Positions 8,761-16,147 of a DNA stretch of 16,147 nt are shown here, piece after piece (the first letter of the stretch is position 1; each line of letters begins with the position of its first letter). A model generated the notes under the pieces. That model saw only the letters and a program-made list of their open reading frames with translations. It did no database searches and had not been told where the DNA came from. The stretch covers positions 1-16,147 of the forward strand of contig JBHJGN010000034.1 of the NCBI GenBank assembly GCA_050331735.1, given 5' to 3'. Source of the DNA: Cyanophyceae cyanobacterium (GTDB taxonomy: Bacteria; Cyanobacteriota; Cyanobacteriia; Cyanobacteriales; JBHJGN01). The translations under genes and the position numbers were made by a program.

Positions 8761-9036
8761 TTATAGCAACTGCCGAAATGACCCCCTTCCCTGTCGCCCC
8801 AGGTTAGATTGATTAAGTTGCTTAAGCTGTACTCGCGGATTCAAAACTTAGACTAGAAGGGAGTTTGAGGGCCCTAAATTTTTTTTGAGGGGGTCAGCGA
8901 CTGGTATTTTCGCCAATGGGTCTGAGTATTATTTGGTTGAGGGATTAGTATTTGGTACTCACCGAGGATTTTTCTATATCCTAGTTAGGCTAAGACATAC
9001 AGCGTCATGCGATCACCAAAATTTGGGTACTCACCC
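8761..9036 (-). promoter_or_regulatory. Leftward (nifP/cysE) promoter module, putative CnfR/PatB cis-element
   Basis: TGCTATAA -10-like box at 8761-8768, TTAATCAATCTAACC at 8802-8816, three AATAC boxes at 22-bp period (8902, 8924, 8946), and TGAGTAC motifs at 8955 and 9027. Mirror of 9361-9628. Confidence 0.7.
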
Positions 9037-9081
9037 AGCCTCAGAAACCGACTAGGACAGAACTCAGACAGGATGGGGTTT

Positions 9082-9095
9082 GTAGCTTCTGTTAC
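9082..9095. promoter_or_regulatory. NtcA-binding site
   Basis: GTAGCTTCTGTTAC fits GTA-N8-TAC, including the preferred GTAnC..GnTAC positions and a 5' T. Confidence 0.65.
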
Positions 9096-9144
9096 GGTTT
9101 AAAAATTGGTTGCTCGTCGGATAGCAAACTCAGCCGAAACAGAA

Positions 9145-9153
9145 TGTTAAATT
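9145..9153 (+). promoter_or_regulatory. Extended -10 element of the candidate sRNA
   Basis: TG-T-TAAATT fits TGnTAnnnT and predicts a TSS near 9160. Confidence 0.45.
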
Positions 9154-9159
9154 AGATAC

Positions 9160-9238
9160 GGATTCGAGACAAACCAAATTTCCGCAATTGAATTCCGTGA
9201 CAGCCCTGGAGGGGGTTGGCAGCCCTCTCCAGTTTTTT
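9160..9238 (+). ncRNA. Candidate ~80-nt trans-acting sRNA
   Basis: Bounded by an extended -10 and an intrinsic terminator, with no ORF. Segment 9185-9202 is complementary to five start regions in this window. Confidence 0.55.
9206..9238 (+). terminator. Rho-independent terminator with no upstream plus-strand gene
   Basis: CTGGAGGGGGTT-GGC-AGCCCTCTCCAG stem followed by TTTTTT (9233-9238) and CTTT. Confidence 0.75.
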
Positions 9239-9360
9239 CTTTCTCTAAACCAATACCAAACGAAGAACGAGCGCTATTTTTATTGATCTCTTTCCTCCTT
9301 ACCCTTTTCCCCAGCTCTAGTTCCGTGCAACCTCGACAAAGATAACTGGTGTCAAAAACA

Positions 9361-9628
9361 GGGTGAGTGCAGCAAATTCCTCCGGCAAATCCCCGGGCAT
9401 AAATAGCTTCAAACCCTCGTACTGACAAGGTTCAAGAGTGAGTGGGACAAATACTAGGAACTTTTGGAATAAATACTAACCCCCCAACGCGAAAATACTA
9501 GCGTCCTCCCCCCTAAAAAATTTTTCTCCTCATCAGGCAAGGGTTTGAGGGGCTGAGTCCTTTCTAAGTAGTTTAATCAAACTAACCGAGTGCAAGTTCT
9601 AGATGTCGCCAAAATCCGAGTGCTATAA
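9361..9628 (+). promoter_or_regulatory. Rightward (nifB) promoter module, putative CnfR/PatB cis-element
   Basis: GGGTGAGTGC at 9361, AAATACTA at 9449, 9471 and 9493, TTAATCAAACTAACC at 9573-9587, and TGCTATAA at 9621-9628. Confidence 0.7.
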
Positions 9629-9763
9629 CTCTCATAACGACATCGAACAAACCTGAATTTCACACGCGGTCAACTATTGCCTAACTTATATACGAGAAAT
9701 TTAGAGTTCGACGAATCCAATCTCAGTTCCTATCTTTATCCTTTATTTGCGGAATTCAATTCA

Positions 9764-11182
9764 ATGTCACCAACCACTACCACTCCCCTAGCGCCAGAGA
9801 CCAAAGCAAAGACTTCTAAAGGCTGCGGCTGCAGTTCCTCAAAGCCCCAACAGATTGACCCCAAAATTCAGGAAAGAATCGAGAAGCATCCTTGCTACAG
9901 CGAAGAAGCTCACCATCATTACGCACGCATGCACGTAGCGGTTGCTCCAGCCTGCAATATTCAGTGTAACTTTTGCAATCGCAAGTATGACTGCGCCAAC
10001 GAAAGTCGCCCTGGAGTAGTCAGCGAACTGCTCACTCCCGAAGAAGCCGCCCACAAAGTCCTCGTCATTGCTGGAAAAATTCCTCAAATGACCGTTCTGG
10101 GTATTGCTGGACCTGGCGATCCGTTAGCGAATCCGCAGCAGACCTTCCGCACCTTTGAATTAGTCGCCGCTGAAGCACCAGATATTAAACTGTGCTTGTC
10201 TACAAACGGGTTAATGCTTCCCAACTACGTGCAGCAGATTAAAGATCTCAACGTCGATCACGTGACGATTACCATTAATATGGTAGATCCCAAAGTTGGA
10301 GCTAAAATTTATCCTTGGGTACGCTACCAGCGCAAGCGGTGGAAAGGCGAAGACGCGGCTCAGATCCTCCACGAACGGCAGATGGAAGGCTTACAGGCAC
10401 TACAAGAAGCCGATATCCTCTGCAAAGTTAACTCGGTGATGATTCCCGGCATTAACGACGAACACCTGGTTGAAGTTGATGAGGTGATTCGCTCTAAGGG
10501 AGCCTTCCTACACAACATCATGCCCCTCATCTCTGCCCCCGAACACGGCACCTACTTTGGACTCACCGGACAAAGAGGACCGACTCCCAAAGAACTCAAG
10601 ACTCTCCAGGATAGCTGTTCGGGCAACATGAAGATGATGCGCCACTGCCGTCAATGTCGGGCGGATGCCGTGGGCTTACTCGGCGAAGATCGTTCTCAGG
10701 AATTTACCAAAGAGAAGTTCCTCGAAATGACTCCAGAATACAATCTGGAAAAGCGCCAAGAAGTTCATGCTGGCATCAAGCAGATCAAAGAAGCGATGCA
10801 GGCAGCTAAAGCTAAAAGAGCCGCCGAGAAGCAGCAGCGCGGCGAGAAAATCTTGGTCGCAGTCGCCACTAAAGGCGGTGGCGTGGTTAACCAACACTTT
10901 GGTCATGCTAAAGAGTTTCAAATCTTTGAAGTGGATGGCGTAGACACGAAATTTGTCGGACACCGCAAAGTTGACCACTACTGTCAGGGTGGCTACGGCG
11001 AAGACGCAACCTTAGACAATATTATTGGCGCGATTAAAGATTGCAAAGCTGTCCTCGCTTCCAAGATTGGCGATTGCCCTCAAGGAATGCTCAAGGAAGC
11101 CGGTGTAGAACCTGTACAGGGCTACGACACCATCGATACCCTAGCGCTTAAGTTCTACGAGCAATTCAAGCAGTCCAAGTAA
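9764..11182 (+). CDS. nifB: FeMo-cofactor biosynthesis radical-SAM protein NifB
   Basis: [17 protein letters not shown] (CxxxCxxC), [15 protein letters not shown] and a C-terminal NifX-like domain. ATG at 9764 preferred over TTG at 9677. Confidence 0.97.
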   Translation: MSPTTTTPLAPETKAKTSKGCGCSSSKPQQIDPKIQERIEKHPCYSEEAHHHYARMHVAVAPACNIQCNFCNRKYDCANESRPGVVSELLTPEEAAHKVLVIAGKIPQMTVLGIAGPGDPLANPQQTFRTFELVAAEAPDIKLCLSTNGLMLPNYVQQIKDLNVDHVTITINMVDPKVGAKIYPWVRYQRKRWKGEDAAQILHERQMEGLQALQEADILCKVNSVMIPGINDEHLVEVDEVIRSKGAFLHNIMPLISAPEHGTYFGLTGQRGPTPKELKTLQDSCSGNMKMMRHCRQCRADAVGLLGEDRSQEFTKEKFLEMTPEYNLEKRQEVHAGIKQIKEAMQAAKAKRAAEKQQRGEKILVAVATKGGGVVNQHFGHAKEFQIFEVDGVDTKFVGHRKVDHYCQGGYGEDATLDNIIGAIKDCKAVLASKIGDCPQGMLKEAGVEPVQGYDTIDTLALKFYEQFKQSK

Positions 11183-11220
11183 TTCTGAATCCGAATCGCA
11201 ACTATCTTAGGAGTAAGACC

Positions 11221-11583
11221 ATGACTTACACCATTTCCGACCAATGTATCGCTTGTGAAAACTGTCTGCCTCACTGTCCAACAGGAGCAATTTCTGAGAA
11301 CAATCAAGGGACATTCTCCATCGATCCAACTCTTTGCGACAATTGCGTTGGTTCCTACGGAGTTCCTCAGTGCATGGCAGGGTGTCCGACTGCTAACGGC
11401 TGTACCCCCACTCTCTCTAGTTTGATTCAGTCGGCTAAAACAACAACCGCTAACTACTGGGAGAACTGGTTTGCCACCTACGATCGCCTGACCTCCAGAA
11501 TGAAAGCTAAGCAAGAAACTCAATACTGGCAGCGTTGGTTTAAAACCTATTCCCAGAAGCTAGACCTCCTGCTGAATGTGTAA
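11221..11583 (+). CDS. fdxN: Ferredoxin FdxN, 2[4Fe-4S], with a Trp-rich C-terminal extension
   Basis: CIACENCLPHCP and CDNC-x8-CMAGCP motifs, located between nifB and nifS, uninterrupted. Confidence 0.92.
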   Translation: MTYTISDQCIACENCLPHCPTGAISENNQGTFSIDPTLCDNCVGSYGVPQCMAGCPTANGCTPTLSSLIQSAKTTTANYWENWFATYDRLTSRMKAKQETQYWQRWFKTYSQKLDLLLNV

Positions 11584-11624
11584 GATTATATCCGGTTGAA
11601 TTAGTGGAATCTAAGTTAGTGAGA

Positions 11625-11714
11625 GTGAGTGGTTAGTAGGAAACAGACTGCATCGGGTACGACTAACCACTCACCACTCACCAAACAGCCACTCACCAAC
11701 ACTCACCCCCTCAC
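11625..11714. repeat. CACTCAC heptamer repeats with a 13-bp hairpin
   Basis: GTGAGTGGTTAGT (11625-11637) and ACTAACCACTCAC (11662-11674), followed by further CACTCAC copies. Confidence 0.75.
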
Positions 11715-11741
11715 TTAGAAGTCACGGATTAATTGAGACTA

Positions 11742-12944
11742 ATGAACGACTGCATCTATCTCGATAACAATGCCACAACCAAAATAGATGAAGAGGTGCT
11801 AGCAGCGATGCTTCCCTACCTCAGCACCTATTACGGCAACCCTTCTAGTATGCATACCTTTGGCGGGCAACTCGGTCGCGCCGTCCGCGAAGCCAGAGCT
11901 CAAGTTGCTTCTCTCTTGGGAGCCGAAGATTCAGAAATTATCTTTACCAGTTGCGGCACTGAAGGAGATAATGCAGCCATTCTGGCCGCTCTTAAAGCTC
12001 AGCCGGGTAAAAAGCACATTGTGACCACCGCCGTCGAGCATCCAGCGGTTCTCAATCTGTGCAGAAAACTGGAAAAAGACGGCTACACCGTGACCTATCT
12101 TTCCGTTGACGGGAAAGGTCAGCTCGATTTAGACGAGCTAGAAGCGTCGCTTACGGGCAACACCGCCGTCGTTTCCGTGATGTATGCGAACAACGAAACC
12201 GGAGTCGTATTCCCCATCGAGCAGATTGGGCAAATCGTCAAAGCCTACGGCGCTCTGTTTCATGTCGATGCGGTGCAGGCAGTCGGGAAGATCCCTCTAA
12301 ATATGAAAGCTAGCACCATCGACCTGCTCACCCTCTCCGGTCACAAAATTCACGCTCCCAAAGGCATTGGGGCTCTCTATGTCCGTCGCGGCGTCCGCTT
12401 TCGTCCTCACCTTGTTGGCGGACACCAGGAACGCGGACGCCGAGGCGGCACCGAGAACGTTGCCGGTATTGTAGCGCTCGGCAAAGCCGCAGCACTCGCT
12501 CAGCAACATCTAGCCGATATCGCTTGGGAACGACGGCTGCGGGATCGTCTCGAACAGGGCATCCTCTCTACAATTCCGAATACGGTAGTCAACGGTGATC
12601 GCCTCAGCCGTTTACCCAACACCACCAACATCGGCTTCAAGTACATCGAGGGCGAAGCGATCCTCCTCTCCCTCGATCAGTACGGCATCTGCGCCTCTTC
12701 GGGGTCAGCCTGCACCTCTGGCTCCCTCGAACCCTCGCACGTCCTCCGCGCCCTCGGACTACCCTACAGCGTCCTCCACGGCTCCATTCGCTTTAGCCTC
12801 TCGCGGTTCACCACCGAAGCCGAAGTCGATCGCGTCCTCGCCCTTCTCCCCGGCATCATCGATCGCCTCCGCGAAATTTCCCCCTTCAACAGCGACGATG
12901 CCGAGTGGCTCAAAGAACAAGAATCGTTAGTTGTTAGTCGTTAG
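11742..12944 (+). CDS. nifS: Cysteine desulfurase NifS
   Basis: IYLDNNATT, SGHK (PLP lysine) and SSGSACTS (catalytic Cys) motifs. ATG at 11742. Confidence 0.97.
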   Translation: MNDCIYLDNNATTKIDEEVLAAMLPYLSTYYGNPSSMHTFGGQLGRAVREARAQVASLLGAEDSEIIFTSCGTEGDNAAILAALKAQPGKKHIVTTAVEHPAVLNLCRKLEKDGYTVTYLSVDGKGQLDLDELEASLTGNTAVVSVMYANNETGVVFPIEQIGQIVKAYGALFHVDAVQAVGKIPLNMKASTIDLLTLSGHKIHAPKGIGALYVRRGVRFRPHLVGGHQERGRRGGTENVAGIVALGKAAALAQQHLADIAWERRLRDRLEQGILSTIPNTVVNGDRLSRLPNTTNIGFKYIEGEAILLSLDQYGICASSGSACTSGSLEPSHVLRALGLPYSVLHGSIRFSLSRFTTEAEVDRVLALLPGIIDRLREISPFNSDDAEWLKEQESLVVSR

Positions 12945-13046
12945 TTGATTGTTCGTGGTTCATGGCTCATTGATGCGCTGTGTACCAAGAACAAATCCAT
13001 TAACTATCAACTATCAACTATTAACCACCAACTACTAACTACTAAC
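12930..13046 (+). repeat. Dispersed STRR-flanked repeat element, copy B
   Basis: Homologous to the reverse complement of 7593-7753. Begins in the last nifS codons. Confidence 0.8.
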
Positions 13047-13054
13047 AAAAGACA

Positions 13055-13957
13055 ATGTGGGACTATACAGACAAAGTAATGGAGCACTTCCATAACCCTC
13101 GTAATCAAGGCACGATTACCGAAGAACAGGAAGGAGAAAAAGTTGTCACCGGAGAAGTGGGCAGTATTGCCTGTGGAGATGCCCTCAAGCTGCACCTCAA
13201 GATTGATGAACTGACGCAAACGATTAGCGATGCCCGGTTTCAAACCTTCGGATGCGCCAGTGCGATCGCCTCTTCTTCGGCCCTGACTGAATTGCTCAAA
13301 GGCAGAAAAGTTGAAGAAGCCCTCAATCTCACGAACCGGGAAATTGCCGAATCCCTTGGCGGGTTGCCGGAAGAAAAAATGCACTGCTCCGTCATGGGCC
13401 AAGAAGCCCTCGAAGCGGCGATCTATAACTACAAAGGCATTCCCCTCGACACCCACGAAGACGAGGAAGGCACTCTAATTTGTCGCTGTTTTGGTATAAC
13501 CGATACAAAAATCAAACGCATTATCCGCGAGAATAAGCTTACGACCACAGAACAGGTAACGAACTATGTTAAAGCAGGTGGCGGATGCAGTTCTTGTTTA
13601 CCAGATATCGACGATCTGCTCTACGAAGTTTCCCAAGAGAAGGAAGTGGCGGTGGCAACACAAGCTTCTCCTCGCCCTGAACCACTTCCAGAACCAGCCT
13701 CAGTTGCTCAAATTCCAACCTTGACAAATTTGCAAAAGATCACCCTCATTCAACAGGTTATTGACCAAGAAATCCGACCCGTGCTCGCTGAAGACGGCGG
13801 CGATATGGAACTCTTCGATGTAGTCGGTGACACAGTGAAAGTCCTCCTCAAAGGTGCGTGCAGTGGCTGTGCTTCTTCGACCGAGACCCTAAAGCTGGCT
13901 ATCGAAGCCACCCTTAGAGAGCGCGTAACCCCCACCCTCGTCGTTCAAGCAGTTTAA
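13055..13957 (+). CDS. nifU: Fe-S scaffold NifU
   Basis: Three domains: GSIACGD/FGC/KMHCS, CRC..CSSC, and the C-terminal GACSGC. Confidence 0.97.
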   Translation: MWDYTDKVMEHFHNPRNQGTITEEQEGEKVVTGEVGSIACGDALKLHLKIDELTQTISDARFQTFGCASAIASSSALTELLKGRKVEEALNLTNREIAESLGGLPEEKMHCSVMGQEALEAAIYNYKGIPLDTHEDEEGTLICRCFGITDTKIKRIIRENKLTTTEQVTNYVKAGGGCSSCLPDIDDLLYEVSQEKEVAVATQASPRPEPLPEPASVAQIPTLTNLQKITLIQQVIDQEIRPVLAEDGGDMELFDVVGDTVKVLLKGACSGCASSTETLKLAIEATLRERVTPTLVVQAV

Positions 13958-14044
13958 TTGCAAGCAACAAGCAACCATTAACCATCAACGCTTGATTATG
14001 TTTTTCCCTAATTACGGAGAGCGATCGCCCCCAAAGCCTAGCTC

Positions 14045-14261
14045 CCAGAAGGGTTGAAGACTAGCAACCGAGCAAGATTGATTCGCCGGGAACGAAATTT
14101 CCCCTCATACCAACACTCATCTCAATCAACTTGTTATGGTTGCAATCGACAAGCCCCATCGTTGAACTCACTCCTTGTACTCTCAATTCAGCACCCATCT
14201 CCAGAAGCGAAACCCCTCAGATGAACGCAACAGGCGAGGGTTCGCCGGGACGAAATTCCCC
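14045..14261 (+). repeat. Two copies of a structured motif in the nifU-nifH spacer
   Basis: CCAGAAG...TTCGCCGGGAACGAAATTTCCCC (14045-14104) and CCAGAAG...TTCGCCGGGACGAAATTCCCC (14201-14261). Confidence 0.75.
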
Positions 14262-14339
14262 CCACGTAAATATCATTAGACCCAATTCGTTCTGGTGCGG
14301 CATCTGAAAGTAGTTTCTTCATTGTCCACTAACCACTAA

Positions 14340-15233
<894 letters not shown>

Positions 15234-15244
15234 CTAACGCTCAC

Positions 15245-15268
15245 AGGGAGGACGAGATGCTCCTCCCT
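15245..15268 (+). other. nifH-nifD intergenic stem-loop
   Basis: AGGGAGGA and TCCTCCCT form an 8-bp stem with an 8-nt loop. Confidence 0.6.
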
Positions 15269-15313
15269 CCCATTCCCACCGCCCAAATCCGATCATTCTA
15301 AGGGGATAACATC

Positions 15314-16147
15314 ATGTCAACTGTAGAAGAGAACAAAAAACTGATAGAAGAGGTTCTAGAAGCCTATCCAGAGAAGGCAGCCAAAAAGCGGGAAAAGCAC
15401 CTCGGCGTTCATGAAGAAGACAAATCCGACTGCGGCGTTAAGTCCAACAAAAAGTCGGTTCCGGGAGTAATGACCACCCGTGGTTGCGCCTATGCTGGAG
15501 CAAAGGGAGTTGTTTGGGGTCCGGTCAAAGACATGATCCACGTCAGTCACGGGCCGGTCGGCTGTGGTTACTACTCCTGGTCTGGTCGTCGTAACTACTA
15601 CATCGGCACTACTGGGGTCGATACCTTCGGCACCATGCAGTTTACCTCCGACTTTCAAGAGCGAGATATCGTCTTCGGCGGTGACAAAAAACTGGCTAAG
15701 CTTATCGATGAACTCGAAGTGCTCTTTCCCTTGAGCCAAGGAACCACCATTGAATCCGAATGTCCGATTGGCTTAATTGGAGACGATATTGAAGCCGTCG
15801 CTCGCAAAAAGGCGAAAGAAACAGAAAAACCTGTCGTTCCAGTTCGTTGCGAAGGATTTAGAGTAGTTTCCCAGTCGCTCTGACACCACATCGCTAACGA
15901 TACCGTTCGAGACTGGGTTCTGCCCAAAGCCGACGAGTACCGCAAGACTCCTGAAGGATTTGAACCCGGCCCCTATGATGTCAACATTATTGGTGACTAC
16001 AACATTGGTGGAGATGCTTGGCCCAGCCGGATGCTGCTCGAAGCGATTGGCTTGAGAGTGATCAGCCAATTTTCTGGAGACGGCACCTTTAACGAAGTCG
16101 TCATGACTCCCCTCGCCAAACTGAACCTGATTCACTGCTATCGGTCG
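15314..16147 (+). CDS. nifD: Nitrogenase MoFe protein alpha chain, partial, with an in-frame TGA at 15881-15883
   Basis: RGCAYAG, HGPVGCG and [11 protein letters not shown] motifs. After the TGA the same frame continues [27 protein letters not shown] to the window end. Confidence 0.95.

Larger units (their letters stand above)
471..14028. repeat. Dispersed HIP1 octamers (GCGATCGC), a cyanobacterial signature
   Basis: Exact copies start at 471, 1048, 1351, 1954, 2558, 2780, 3856, 5703, 6349, 7150, 7940, 13262 and 14021. Confidence 0.9.

Noticed and set aside
9147..9428. Minus-strand 93-aa ORF in the divergent spacer
   Set aside because: It has a non-ATG start and no motif, and it overlaps the terminator and promoter motifs.
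9677..9763. 29-aa N-terminal extension of NifB from TTG
   Set aside because: The ATG at 9764 has an upstream GGA and gives a typical NifB start. The extension reads like leader sequence.
11625..11714. CRISPR-like array
   Set aside because: The units are 7-nt tandem repeats without spacers, and no cas genes are present.
14158..14261. Glutamine (glnA) riboswitch or hammerhead ribozyme
   Set aside because: The glnA GGAAGUA/GAAGGAACG junctions and the hammerhead CUGAnGA core are absent.

Overview
This is part of a cyanobacterial nitrogen-fixation cluster (at least 13 HIP1 sites; layout typical of non-heterocystous diazotrophs), organised around a ~1 kb divergent control region. The right arm (+) is nifB-fdxN-nifS-nifU-nifH-nifD. 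nifD runs off the window and has an in-frame TGA. The left arm (-) is cysE/nifP, an Asr1405-family gene, dps, DUF2949, nifV, nifT, fdxB, two hypotheticals, cysK, a thioredoxin-like [2Fe-2S] protein and an ArsC-like nitrogenase-associated protein. A decayed integron integrase and a divergent pentapeptide-repeat gene mark the left edge. The main new candidate is an unannotated ~80-nt sRNA between the two mirror-image nif promoters (NtcA box, extended -10, intrinsic terminator). Its seed is complementary to the translation-start regions of nifB, nifS, cysK, DUF2949 and the [2Fe-2S] gene. All analysis was by eye; no searches were run.
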